NCBI RefSeq assembly: GCF_054482595.1
Contig: NZ_CM137008.1
DNA: 64,000 nt
Reading direction: 5' to 3' (one strand)
Positions within the stretch are counted from its first letter, which is position 1. Every line of letters starts with the position of its first letter. This document shows, piece after piece, positions 11,274-23,676 of this stretch. Position numbers and translations under genes: made by a program. The notes beneath the pieces are model-generated. The model worked only from the letters and a program-made list of their open reading frames with translations. It made no database searches and was not told the origin of the DNA.

Positions 11274-12135
11274 GAGCGATGCTCCTTATACCAGCCTGAA
11301 ATGCCTTGTCGCCCGCCACCACCGCCACGTCGCAACCCATCGCCTGAAAGGCTTGCTGGTAGCGCGCGGTCAGCGATGTTCCGGCGACAAGGGTGATGGC
11401 GTGTTGATGGGTCACATAGTCGCGCATACTGGCAACCTCTGCGCCAATCAACAAACCAGAGAGAAATTCGCTGACCTGTTCGCGGGGAAGCGTTCCCAGC
11501 ACATGCGAGGCGCGAACTTCAAAAAGCTGCGGCAATATGGCGGGCGCATTAAGGCCACGCTCAAGGCCAGCCGCGAAGGCATCGGCAGAGTTTTCCTGCG
11601 GCGGCAAACCTGCGCCAATCAATGAGTGATTTAACAGTAAATGATGTAATTCACCGGTCATTACGGTGCGAAAATCGTTGATTTGCTGGCTATCGGCCTG
11701 CACCCATTTGCAATGGGTTCCGGGCATAACATAAAGAGAGGAAGGAGCCAGAGCACGCGCGCCGATCAATTGTGTTTCTTCGCCGCGCATCACATTGTGG
11801 TTATCGTCATGAGAAACGCATAATCCGGGAATAATCCAGATATTGTCGCCAACCGACGTTAATTGTTCGCCAATAGACGAAAAACGGACAGGAACAGATA
11901 AATACGGCGCAACTTTCCAGCCGACATTGCTGCCAACCATTCCTGCCATTACCACTGGCGTTTTCTCTTCACGCCAGTCGGTCGTGACTTCTGCTAACAC
12001 CGCAGCCGGAGATTTTCCGTTCAGGCGCGTGACGCCTGCTTCTGATTGCCTGCTCTCCAGGCAGTGGTCGCCCTGATAAAGCCAGGCGCGCAGATTGGTC
12101 GATCCCCAGTCAATTGCGATGTAGCGAGCTGTCAT
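11257..12135 (-). CDS. dgoK: 2-dehydro-3-deoxygalactonokinase
   Basis: 292 aa; overlaps dgoA and dgoR; operon context. Confidence 0.9.
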   Translation of the reverse strand: MTARYIAIDWGSTNLRAWLYQGDHCLESRQSEAGVTRLNGKSPAAVLAEVTTDWREEKTPVVMAGMVGSNVGWKVAPYLSVPVRFSSIGEQLTSVGDNIWIIPGLCVSHDDNHNVMRGEETQLIGARALAPSSLYVMPGTHCKWVQADSQQINDFRTVMTGELHHLLLNHSLIGAGLPPQENSADAFAAGLERGLNAPAILPQLFEVRASHVLGTLPREQVSEFLSGLLIGAEVASMRDYVTHQHAITLVAGTSLTARYQQAFQAMGCDVAVVAGDKAFQAGIRSIAHAVAN

Positions 12136-12821
12136 GTGATTTCCTTTAACCTTCGTGTCGAGCTGGCGATCATGGTAAGCGCCGCCTGCTCTGCCGCATC
12201 GCCGTCCTGATGCCGTATCGCATCGAACAGCGCCTTTTGTTCCTGGAGCGTTTGCGGCATGTTGGCCTCATCACCCATCCAGGTTCGTTCAAATACCGCC
12301 CGCTGCAGCGAACTGATCGCAATGCTAAGTTGCTGTAACACCGGATTATGTACCGACTGCAGCACCGCCTCGTGGTAGCGAATATCCGCTTCGTTAAACG
12401 CTTCGCGGTCCTGATTGTTGGCAATCATCTCGTTCAGCGCCGATTCAATCTGCGCCAGATCGCTGGAAGTCGCGCGCTCTGCTGCCCAACGGGCAATCGC
12501 CGGTTCCACCAGATTTCGCACTTCGCTCATGGCACTGATAAGTCGTGGGTCGTAGTCGTTTTCCAGCACCCATTGCAGTACGTCAGTGTCGAGGTAATTC
12601 CACTGGTTACGCGGTGCCACAAACGCGCCGCGATAACGTTTCATTTCAATCAGCCGCTTCGCCATCAGCGAACGGAACACCTCACGGATGATGTTGCGCG
12701 AGGTTGCGAACTCCTCACAGAGCTCCGCCTCAGCCGGAAGCGGCGAGCCTGGCACGTATTTGCCGTGAACGATCTGTTTACCCAGCGTAATGACGATGCG
12801 ATCGGTTTTATTGAGAGTCAT
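12132..12821 (-). CDS. dgoR: GntR/FadR-family repressor of the galactonate operon
   Basis: 229 aa; N-terminal GntR HTH, FadR-type C-terminal domain; first gene of dgoRKADT. Confidence 0.9.
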   Translation of the reverse strand: MTLNKTDRIVITLGKQIVHGKYVPGSPLPAEAELCEEFATSRNIIREVFRSLMAKRLIEMKRYRGAFVAPRNQWNYLDTDVLQWVLENDYDPRLISAMSEVRNLVEPAIARWAAERATSSDLAQIESALNEMIANNQDREAFNEADIRYHEAVLQSVHNPVLQQLSIAISSLQRAVFERTWMGDEANMPQTLQEQKALFDAIRHQDGDAAEQAALTMIASSTRRLKEIT

Positions 12822-13173
12822 GGAGAGTCCTTGTGCTCTGTATGTTCTTCTCTACTTTACCCCGATCGATGCATAACGCGGCAACTTTGTAGTACCAGCG
12901 TGATAACGTTCGCGTTTGCTGTGTGCGTAATGTAGTACAAGCTTATATTGCTGTACTACAATTTAGATCGCAAAAAGAACAATGCATAAAAAAATGACAT
13001 GCGTCGGGCAGAAATGGAAAAGGGATATCAGGCGCTAAACAGGAGGGAAAGAAGAGTATGCTTTCAACGACTTAGTACTCAGACAGCAGCTTTTCCAGCG
13101 TCAGCGATGCGAATGAGGTAGTTCTGATTCATGACCGTTTTTATAATCCGGCTATGATATTTTTACCACATTG

Positions 13174-13506
13174 TCAGCGCGTTAAGGCGTGATGTTTTTG
13201 GCTGACGCTAGCCCAGCTTACTAAGGAGCATTGCCAGCTGCGGGCGGGTAAAGGATACCCCGCCGTCACGTACCGCAAGCCAGATAAATTGCCTTCCTCC
13301 TGGCGCTTGGTGAAAAGACACAGACCATCAGCCCAGAATATTTTAACAGTGTCACCCCGTCGGCCTCGGAAGATAAACAGGTGGCCGAAGAAGGGATTAT
13401 AATTCAGCACATGTTGACCCTGTTTTCCCAGTCCGTTGAAGGATTTACGCATATCAGCTACCCCGGCAATGAGGCAGATACGGGTACCGGATGGTAGTGA
13501 GATCAT
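13174..13506 (-). mobile_element. IS66-family orfB (TnpB) fragment
   Basis: MISLPSGTRICLIAGVADMRKSFNGLGKQ...HLFIFRGRRGDTVKIFWADGLCLFTKR is the conserved IS66 Orf2 protein; C-terminus frameshifted; no intact orfA/orfC adjacent. Confidence 0.6.
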
Positions 13507-13940
13507 CGTCTCCTCCTGGCTAACTCACGGATTAACACCTTGAGCAGCTCTGGTGAAGGATTTTCCAACACATCATGTTACTGAGACGGAACTCAACCTT
13601 ACAGGAACTGACACTGACTGTGTTATGGGGGGAAATGGATAAAGATGGAGCAATAGACATCATCGTATTTTTCTGTTCATTCGGCGTTATCTCAACAGGT
13701 AATAATTTAACGCCAGCGTCAGAAGTAGTCGTTACAGGAAGACGCCGCGAAACAACACAGGTTCAGGAGAATAAGGTAGAGCGTCTATAGTCCTGTTTCC
13801 TCCATCTAGGATGTCTGATGGAAATTCATCAGATACACTAAGGATCCCCATAAAGTATTTTATTGGCACACATCAGACATCCTTTAGGTATCCAGCAAGT
13901 TATTGAACTATTGCGTCGTCTCGTTCAAACTTCTCTTTTA

Positions 13941-15238
<1,298 letters not shown>

Positions 15239-15449
15239 GTATCCTCTGCGATGCCGAAGTCGGGGTTCTACCCTTGAGCTCTTCCTTAAGCATGCCTATT
15301 CTGGATAGCATTACACTGCTTTGAGGGTATCCAGCAACGATAAGAACTGACTAGGGGGTGGAGTTCACCTGCTTCACAATTAGTAAGTTTGCTGTTATTT
15401 AGCTTATTATATGGCTCATCACTGTGACGTTTTTTAGCTAGGAAATGCA

Positions 15450-15570
15450 ATGAAAATTGTGCAGACTAGTCTCTCCGAATCTGTTACTCAGCATCTTGCC
15501 GAGCGCATCCTGTGCGGCGAACTGCCAGCAGGTAGCGTGCTGCCTGGCGAAAATGAACTGGCAACAGTTT
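15450..15570 (+). pseudogene. GntR-family regulator N-terminal fragment, truncated by IS629-like fragment
   Basis: Plus-strand translation MKIVQTSLSESVTQHLAERILCGELPAGSVLPGENELATVS is a GntR HTH start; homology ends where the IS fragment begins. Confidence 0.35.
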
Positions 15571-15955
15571 CCAGGGGTGGTTGAACTCCGCCTTCGCAAA
15601 ATAAGAGCTTGGCGAAGGATATCGTTACTGTGGCGCAGTTCACGATTTTCACGCTCCAGCGTCTTTCAGACGCTGACGTTCAGCGGTGGTGAGTCCACCA
15701 TCACCGCCCCCGGTATCCCACTCATGCTGGTTGTACACCAGACACGCAGAGTCTCCGGTGTACAGCCAATCTTTGGGACGATGGAACAAATTGCTGCCCA
15801 TTGGGAGTCATATTCGCCCTGATTTTCCAGAACCATACGAACTGTCCGTTGACGGACTTCGGGGGAAAAACGAGTATTTTTAGCCATCCTGTTTACCTCT
15901 TTCTCAGGGAATTTAGTCTCCAAGATTTCCGGGGCGCTTCACTTAGTTATTAATT
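15570..15955 (-). mobile_element. IS629-like (IS3 family) 5' fragment
   Basis: Minus-strand [53 protein letters not shown] resembles IS629/IS1203 OrfA; frameshifted and truncated. Confidence 0.55.
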
Positions 15956-16425
15956 AAATACCCCCCCGTTTCTTAAGTGGATTTGTTTATTCACATCTCG
16001 TGAATATTAGAACATTATATGATTGTACATCCATATAGAGTTCCGAGGCAGAACGAGAGTGAATCATTGATTGATGCCAACCATAAGGTAATTATCTGGA
16101 AGAGGCCATAGTCTTCCGGAAGATATGAAAATAATATTTTCTTTTGTTCTGCGTCGTGTTATTTTTTCTTTGTCCGTTGGCAAGACGGATAGATAAATAT
16201 TAAAACAAACAGACAAGATTCAGCATAGTTTACCTTCCGTCCCCTGCATCCTGGGGATTTTTTTTACTCAGTGATGGTAATCATACAGCCACAGATAACG
16301 GGAGCGATGTGTATTTTTCGGATCCACAACAGGACTGTTTTGAACAGAGGTATATTTTCCAGCAGTGACTGTCACTGTGGTAGCAAAATAAATATCCTCC
16401 GGCATAGCCGGAGGTTTTTCAAATG

Positions 16426-17193
16426 GGTGATGCTGCCAACTTACTGATTTAGTGTATGATGGTGTTTTTGAGGTGCTCCAGTGGCTTCTGTTTCTATCAG
16501 CTGTCCCTCCTGTTCAGCTACTGACGGGGTGGTGCGTAACGGCAAAAGCACTGCCGGACATCAGCGCTATCTCTGCTCTCACTGCCGTAAAACATGGCAA
16601 CTGCAGTTCACTTACACCGCTTCTCAACCCGGTACGCACCAGAAAATCATTGATATGGCCATGAATGGCGTTGGATGCCGGGCAACCGCCCGCATTATGG
16701 GCGTTGGCCTCAACACGATTTTCCGCCATTTAAAAAACTCAGGCCGCAGTCGGTAACCTCGCGCATACAGCCGGGCAGTGACGTCATCGTCTGCGCGGAA
16801 ATGGACGAACAGTGGGGATACGTCGGGGCTAAATCGCGCCAGCGCTGGCTGTTTTACGCGTATGACAGGCTCCGGAAGACGGTTGTTGCGCACGTATTCG
16901 GTGAACGCACTATGGCGACGCTGGGGCGTCTTATGAGCCTGCTGTCACCCTTTGACGTGGTGATATGGATGACGGATGGCTGGCCGCTGTATGAATCCCG
17001 CCTGAAGGGAAAGCTGCACGTAATCAGCAAGCGATATACGCAGCGAATTGAGCGGCATAACCTGAATCTGAGGCAGCACCTGGCACGGCTGGGACGGAAG
17101 TCGCTGTCGTTCTCAAAATCGGTGGAGCTGCATGACAAAGTCATCGGGCATTATCTGAACATAAAACACTATCAATAAGTTGGAGTCATTACC
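16426..17193 (+). mobile_element. insAB: IS1 (768 bp; insA 16481..16756, insB frame 16675..17178)
   Basis: Canonical IS1 ends GGTGATGCTGCCAACTTACTGAT...GGAGTCATTACC; InsA zinc-finger ORF and InsB; A6C frameshift motif at 16732..16738. Flanking 9-mers differ (TTTCAAATG vs CGCTGCAGG), so no target-site duplication. Confidence 0.9.
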
Positions 17194-17549
17194 CGCTGCA
17201 GGTATAAAATGAAGGTTTTCTGATTTTTCAGGGGCTATTGCAGGCCCCTTTTTACATCATAAATAATGATATCACTTAATGTATTACAAAATGTTATAAC
17301 CAGGGATATTCCCAGAATTTATAATTTCCTCCTGTACTTTTCACCATGACACAGAAACGCTATACATCGCGGTATTTCTGCAGGGTACGGGCTGGATATG
17401 GGTAAGCGTCTCGGTAGAGAGACGGTTAATGAGTCTAAGAATTACTCTTCTTTTAGCTGTGAAATAAGGAGGCGTTAAGAATATTTATTAAATAAAGGCC
17501 CGCTTTTAAAATGGGCCTTAAGGGCAAGACGATGTATAAAATATTTTAT

Positions 17550-18581
17550 CTATTGTTCATAAATTGATACGATAGCTTTACCATCGTTGCCGATAGTTCC
17601 ACGATACATCCCTTCTGTATTGAAACTCATAGTATAATTACCATTCTTATCTAGAACAATGACACCACCACTACCATTAATGTTTTTAACTTCATCAAGC
17701 GCATTTTGAGCTGCTTCTTTCAATGGTGTATTTTTATATTTCACCTGAGCAGCAATATTGTATGCAGTTGAAGTTCTAATAAACATTTCTCCAGTACCTG
17801 TAGCAGAAACAGCAACGGTATTATTATCGGCATAGGTTCCTGCTCCAATTATTGGCGAGTCACCTACGCGTCCGTAACGTTTATTTGTCATACCTCCTGT
17901 TGATGTTCCAGCTGCCAGATTACCATCTTTGTCCAACGCGACTGCTCCAACAGTTCCATATTTATAGTCGTAGTTCTTTGGGGGGAGTAAAAGAGATGCT
18001 GATTTACCATTATGATCAAGGGTTATTTTTTCGTCTTTTAAAGCGTTCTGTAGCTGTTGCCAACGGAAATCAGTTTTGAAATATGCTGGCTCAACCATAA
18101 CTAAGCCTTGCTCTTTTGCAAATAGTTCCGCACCATTAGAGATCATTAATACATGAGGGCTTTTAGTCATAACTGCATAAGCAGCGTTTATAGGGTTTTT
18201 TATGGTCGTCACTCCTGCAACGGCTCCGGCCATTTTGGTTTTTCCATCCATAATTGCAGCATCAAGTTCGTTTTTGCCATCATGAGTAAAGACAGCGCCT
18301 TTTCCAGCATTGAAGAGGGGAGAGTCCTCCATAACATTAATTGCACGCTGAACAGCATCAAGGCTACTTCCTCCACTATTAAGCACAGCATACCCAGCAT
18401 TTAGTGCATCTGTTAACTTTTCTCTGTATTGTTTTTCTTGTTCAGGTGTAATAGTATCTTTTGTTATGGTGCCAGCTCCACCATGAATTACAAGGCGTAT
18501 TGGCGTTTGAGATTCAGCGTGAGCATATCCTATACACAATGCGAAGGCTGCCATTACTGTTATACCTTTTATTTTATTCAT
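17550..18581 (-). CDS. secreted isoaspartyl peptidase / plant-type L-asparaginase (Ntn-hydrolase family)
   Basis: Signal peptide MNKIKGITVMAAFALCIGYAHA; autoproteolytic GTVGAVALD site and conserved GGMTNK...GRVGDSP motifs; Shine-Dalgarno AAGGAGG just upstream of the 18581 start (ORF track starts at 18611). Confidence 0.8.
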   Translation of the reverse strand: MNKIKGITVMAAFALCIGYAHAESQTPIRLVIHGGAGTITKDTITPEQEKQYREKLTDALNAGYAVLNSGGSSLDAVQRAINVMEDSPLFNAGKGAVFTHDGKNELDAAIMDGKTKMAGAVAGVTTIKNPINAAYAVMTKSPHVLMISNGAELFAKEQGLVMVEPAYFKTDFRWQQLQNALKDEKITLDHNGKSASLLLPPKNYDYKYGTVGAVALDKDGNLAAGTSTGGMTNKRYGRVGDSPIIGAGTYADNNTVAVSATGTGEMFIRTSTAYNIAAQVKYKNTPLKEAAQNALDEVKNINGSGGVIVLDKNGNYTMSFNTEGMYRGTIGNDGKAIVSIYEQ

Positions 18582-18719
18582 AACTCCTCCTTTTGTCTGA
18601 AGTTTATACAATATAAATATTTAAACTTTTTCCATTATGTTTATTTGACTTCTATCAAAAAAAATTATGCTAATTCGATTTTGCAAAATTTAATTGCACG
18701 CAAATAATATGCACATATT

Positions 18720-20005
18720 TTTTAGTGTAATGAGTGACTTTTATGGATAGGTTCCCGCTGACCTCTATCACCATACTTCCCCCCGCTTTCAGTAGGACAT
18801 CCGTGTCTGACTTTATATCGAGATTTCATGTGGAAGAGATAAATGCCGGACCTTGAGAAAGAAATATAACTCCCCAGTCTCGTTGAACCCTCTTGTTGAT
18901 CCACTTTTCAAGTACGTAACGATCCAAGTTCCGCCTGCCGTCCAAGGCGTTTGGTGAAGCAGCACGGTCCGTCACTGTCAGCCCACAACTTCCGCTCCCA
19001 CGGGCGCGCCACCGCGCTCTTCTTCTCATTCACCTTCTGTTTCAGTTTGCTCTCCACGAACGCCCTGATGTCCTTCAGCAGATGGTCGCCCGCTTTCCGG
19101 CTGCTTACGTAGATGTTGCAGTCGTCTGCGTAGCGGCAGAAGCTGTGTCCACGATGGCGCTTAACTGCTGCGCTATCGCCTGCTGGATAAGCCTGTCCAC
19201 CACCGTCGGGATGCCTAAGGTTCTCACGCCGCCATCCGGCTTCGGGATATCCATCCGGCGTATTGCCCGCGGCTGGTAGTTTCCGTCAATCAATACCTGC
19301 CATACGCTGCGCCAGTTCTTCTTCAGCCACGGTTTCAACTCCGCCACACCTTTGTTTTCCACCACGCGCTGATAAGCCAGCATCAGGTTTTCTCTCGTTA
19401 TCACCGCTTCCATCGTCAGCGGCACTTCCGCTTTCGTTTGCCCACCCGCCGCCGTGCTGATTTCAGCGCCATCATGCAGCCCTGACGGATACTGTCCGTC
19501 TCCTCTGCCGCTGGCCGCAGTTGCCTGCGCGTGTGCTTCATTAATCATCATCGGGTTCGGATGTCCTAATCACAGTTAATCATGTTCGGCCCTTCATGCT
19601 GCCGGTTTTGCAGCACTACTACGGCGTCGGCTGACTTCTGCCGCCCCATCCCGGCGCCTCACGGCACCGGTAGCACACTGGCAGGGCGACAGATCTCCCG
19701 GGGTAATTCACGCGACTTTCCTGCTTATGCCTGTCGGCTTTACGTCACAGCGTTCCGTGTGAGTATCGGGCTTTGGTGATTTGTGCCACCTTACCCTGCT
19801 GCGCCGCCTTAACCGCTTCCTGTTCGTCAGGCCAGCATTTTGCATCCGGCTTCCTTCAGATTTCACCTCGCGATGAACACCCTTGCCTTCCGCTAACACT
19901 TCCCCTCACCGGGTGTGTGGAGGACTTTCACCTCTTAGTCGTTCTTCAGCCACCACAGTTGAAGAACAGCGCCAGTCACGGCGCTACGCGCCATGCCCGG
20001 CGCAC
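18720..20005 (-). mobile_element. group II intron remnant with truncated reverse transcriptase/maturase
   Basis: Minus-strand 5' GTGCGCC motif near 20005; ORF 19105..19551 encodes an RT N-terminus (ENLMLAYQRVVENKG...DIPKPDGGVRTLGIPTVVDRLIQQAIAQQL) that then breaks off; further RT-like pieces in other frames around 18830..19100. Boundaries approximate. Confidence 0.5.
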
Positions 20006-20196
20006 ATATGCAACGAGCGCCGATGTAAACGGCACCCGTAATATTTTAGCTGCAGGGCACGCCGTACTTGCCTGTAAAGAGATGGTGCAGTCAGGCCTTT
20101 TGTTTAAGCAGGAGCCCACCGAAATGATTCCGGCAATAGCCTGATTAGCAGGAATCCACATCCTTCTGGGCGTGGAGGATGACAATCTAAAACAAG

Positions 20197-21558
20197 TTAA
20201 TAAAAAATACCGATAATCGCAGAGTGAAAAACAAAACCAACTATCAGGGGTAAAGCAGTGCGTTTTACCACTTCGAAGGGAGTTATATTTGCTCCACTGG
20301 AAACCGCTATAACCACGCCAGATACGGGAGACATCGCACGCCCCATATGGGAAGCCTGCTGCATAGGCAGGATCATCGATATGGCATTCACGCCCATGCT
20401 GGCAGCGATTTGTGGTATCAGTTCAACAAAAGCCAGAAATGGCGCATTGCCCGATCCCATAATGACAGCTGCAGCCAGTGTAACCAGAGCAAAAACGATG
20501 CCCATCGCAAAAGGGGGTAACCCAACGTGCTCTGCCATCAAAATTAATTGATCTATCGCGCCAATGCTTTTAATCCCATGAGCAAACACACCTGCGGCCA
20601 CCAGTAAGCCCACCACGCCGGTAAATGCTGTCCCCATTCCTTTCAGGAAATGGGTAAACCCGTCACATACAGCTTTCAGATCACATTTACGGACCCATTC
20701 GATCAGCATGCAAATTGCCATTGAGATAAGAACAATCGTAATGATATTGAGATTAATTCCGGTGACAAAAATCTCCGATGAGCCAACGGCCATCAGGATC
20801 GGTAGCATAGGTAGCAGAGCATAATAAGCCGGCGTACTGCCTGCTTTTATGACCGTTGTCGTACCAATTTCATGAGGTAATGTTCCAGCTTTACGATCAC
20901 AGTGTTTCTGCCAGAAAAAGTGGCTGATACCGACAATCAGAACAGTCGCCAGAGCAGCAGGCCCCTGATGATAGACAACATACTCCACCACATCCATATT
21001 TACCGCTTCAGAGCCTCGTATGGCGTCAATGGCTGTCGGTGTGTACGCCACACCAAGAGAGGTGGCAATTACCCCTGCGGCAGACGCTGCTGACAGCCCG
21101 AGTCCGAGCATAATAGGAAACATGGTTCCCATCAGTAAAACAGCAAGTCCGGTAGCTGAGGGGATAGCCAGTTGAAGAAGACTGGCGAAAAGATAAGAGA
21201 AAAAAAGCAGAACATAGGGGGAACGTAATGTCCGTAATGGCCGGGTTACCACACGGACAACCGCTTCATTCGCACCGATATGGTCCATGTAATGCGCAAA
21301 TCCCATCAGGGTCATAATCATCAGACCGAGATCAGCCGCACGGGTACTGAATAAATTGCGCATGACTTCGAAAGGATCAAGAAAACTAATTCCTGTACCG
21401 GACACGCCCTTCGGTAACACTGTGCCCCAACCGGTAAACCAGGTACAAACCATCAGCGCAAGCCCGGCAATAAAAAGCACGGGTTCTGCACGATATCCTT
21501 TCAGGATTAAGCGAGCAACTATCACGATAACAAGAAGCGCGATAACAACTTTAATCAT
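20197..21558 (-). CDS. DcuC-family anaerobic C4-dicarboxylate transporter
   Basis: 453 aa membrane protein with DcuC-like topology and motifs ([27 protein letters not shown]); 4-bp overlap with the upstream peptidase gene. Confidence 0.85.
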   Translation of the reverse strand: MIKVVIALLVIVIVARLILKGYRAEPVLFIAGLALMVCTWFTGWGTVLPKGVSGTGISFLDPFEVMRNLFSTRAADLGLMIMTLMGFAHYMDHIGANEAVVRVVTRPLRTLRSPYVLLFFSYLFASLLQLAIPSATGLAVLLMGTMFPIMLGLGLSAASAAGVIATSLGVAYTPTAIDAIRGSEAVNMDVVEYVVYHQGPAALATVLIVGISHFFWQKHCDRKAGTLPHEIGTTTVIKAGSTPAYYALLPMLPILMAVGSSEIFVTGINLNIITIVLISMAICMLIEWVRKCDLKAVCDGFTHFLKGMGTAFTGVVGLLVAAGVFAHGIKSIGAIDQLILMAEHVGLPPFAMGIVFALVTLAAAVIMGSGNAPFLAFVELIPQIAASMGVNAISMILPMQQASHMGRAMSPVSGVVIAVSSGANITPFEVVKRTALPLIVGFVFHSAIIGIFY

Positions 21559-22811
21559 GACTCACGATTCCCTGTGGTGAACCCATTGAATGTCTCCTGA
21601 ATGATGGCAATAACCACATCACTTGCCGCCCGAAGTGAACGGACTGGAAGATATTCATAGATAGAATGGAAATTATGTGCGCCGGTAAAAATGTTCGGGC
21701 AGGGTAATCCTTTTTGTGAAAGAACAGCGCCATCATATCCTCCACGCATCGCCACCGGTGTCGGAGTAATACCACATCGTTGGTAAGCTCGCAGTGCAAT
21801 GTCGATGGGATAATGCCCCTCTCCCTGCAGACTGTTAAAGACATTGGCGTACCGATCGCTCAGTTGGCAGATCACGCTTCCTTCTCCCCATAATGCACAA
21901 GCACTTTCTGCAAGCTGGCGTACAAATGTCTTCCGGGCGTGATATCCTTCCTCGCTGAAATCTCGTATATCCAGTTTTAGTACAGTTCTGGCACTGTTTC
22001 CCTGTAACTGTTTCACCCAATAATAGCCTTCGCGTCCTTCTGTATATTCAGGCGCTTCTCCTCCTGGCAACATCGAAATGAATTTGTGAGCCATCAAAAG
22101 AGAGTTCTTAAGCTTGCCTTTCGCTGACATAGGGTGTGCAGACTGGCCGGTAAAGATAATTTCTGCATCACCCGCATTCCAGTTTTCGTAAACAAATTCT
22201 CCAATACCGCAGCAATCCAGAGTGTAGCCAAAATCTGCGCCAAACTCTGAAACATCGAAGGCTTTGGCCCCCCGTAACCCCTGCTCTTCATCTGGCACAA
22301 ACCCAACTTTAACTTCTCCATGCCTGATTTCAGGATGAGAAATCAGAAATTGAAGTGCGTTCATTATGGCCGCCAGCGCCGCTTTATCATCGGCCCCCAG
22401 AAGGCTGGTACCATCTGTCACTATAAGATCATCGCCAATATAATTTTTGAGCTCCGGGAATTCACTCTCACGCAAATAAATATTCAGTTCAGGGTTCAGA
22501 CAGAGATCGCCCCCATTATAAGGTAATCGTTGCGCTTTTGTATCGGCTGTCTGTTCGGCACTGGTGTCCAGATGTCCAAAAAAGGAAACGACGGGGATTG
22601 TTTCGTCAGTATTTGCAGGGAGTGTTGCTGTTACGATAGCATTCTCTCTGAGAATAATATCCTCCATACCCAATGCTTCAAGTTCACTCACCAACAATTT
22701 CGCAAGTTTCATCTGACCAGGAGATGAAGGCATGATCCCTTTTGCGCCGTTTTCTCGTGAGGTAGTGGTATTAATTTTTGTATAATTGATAAAGCGTTCG
22801 ACAATATCCAT
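21555..22811 (-). CDS. peptidase T-like tripeptidase (M20B family)
   Basis: 418 aa; M20 metal-binding motifs (HLDT, LLGADDKAALAAIM, VPDEEQG) and PepT-like C-terminus (GGYDGA...CPNIFTGAHNFHS). Confidence 0.8.
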   Translation of the reverse strand: MDIVERFINYTKINTTTSRENGAKGIMPSSPGQMKLAKLLVSELEALGMEDIILRENAIVTATLPANTDETIPVVSFFGHLDTSAEQTADTKAQRLPYNGGDLCLNPELNIYLRESEFPELKNYIGDDLIVTDGTSLLGADDKAALAAIMNALQFLISHPEIRHGEVKVGFVPDEEQGLRGAKAFDVSEFGADFGYTLDCCGIGEFVYENWNAGDAEIIFTGQSAHPMSAKGKLKNSLLMAHKFISMLPGGEAPEYTEGREGYYWVKQLQGNSARTVLKLDIRDFSEEGYHARKTFVRQLAESACALWGEGSVICQLSDRYANVFNSLQGEGHYPIDIALRAYQRCGITPTPVAMRGGYDGAVLSQKGLPCPNIFTGAHNFHSIYEYLPVRSLRAASDVVIAIIQETFNGFTTGNRES

Positions 22812-23404
22812 TGAGATGCCTTCTTCAACATTTTCCAGATTTTAGGGACAGTTTATTAACACCTTCTGACTCTGAAGAACGTGAATTTATGCTATGTTCA
22901 GGCTGTCATTTTTCCAAGAGAGAAATGATAATTATGAAGAGCCTTTGCATGATTGAACATAAAATACAGACTCCATTACAGTATGGCGTTTTTTTAGCTT
23001 GTGATGATTAATGCCGTTACACCCTGAAAGACGATTTAGTGATCAAATCATCTAAAAATAATTAATCATAATGGATGTTAAAATCCATGATCTAACTCAA
23101 ATTACAAACCATTAAAGCGGAAGATGGAGTGGAAACATTACGTTTTCTACTCTATTCCAAGATTTATCAATTAGAAGTGCAATAACATTCCCGTGTAAAA
23201 ACTCTTATCTTAATAAGAATCACCATGAGTGACTATATCTACAACGCTGGAAAACCTAGCAGAGATATAGGTTTTCTATGGTGGTAAACAGGTTGTTTTT
23301 CTGAAGGATGTGACCAAACCGGGATGCTATTATAAAATAGTTCTACTTAATCATGATTTAAAAAATCAGCATTAATAATAAGTTTGATTGCGGAATTGTT
23401 TTTT

Positions 23405-23418
23405 TTGATCTTAATCAT
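23405..23418. promoter_or_regulatory. FNR-like site TTGAT-N4-ATCAT in the divergent intergenic region
   Basis: 9/10 match to the FNR consensus TTGATnnnnATCAA, within the 865-bp AT-rich region between the pepT-like/dcuC-like and aspA-like/dcuA-like operons. Confidence 0.25.
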
Positions 23419-23676
23419 ATTAGTGCAGCGTTATCTGCATATTTCGGGCTTTTACTGGTTATATTTGATTGCTAAATAACCCACTAATTTTAACGTTATA
23501 AAAATGTGCTTGATATCACGTTTTAAGTTTATCTTATTAGTTTAAATATATTCCATTAGATGGTAATGGTTATGTCATCTGGTGATTATAAGTATTCATT
23601 CTTAATGTTGGATAAGTGTTTTATGAAAACAATTTGTTATTGTCACATTGTTTTCGAAAAATGGAGTTAGAAAATT

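Noticed and set aside
16395..16421. Hairpin CCTCCGGC-atag-GCCGGAGG followed by TTTTTC next to the IS1 left end, considered as the terminator of an upstream gene
   Set aside because: No credible ORF ends immediately upstream (frames contain stops and no start); probably an orphaned terminator from a gene lost in the rearrangement; too uncertain to annotate.
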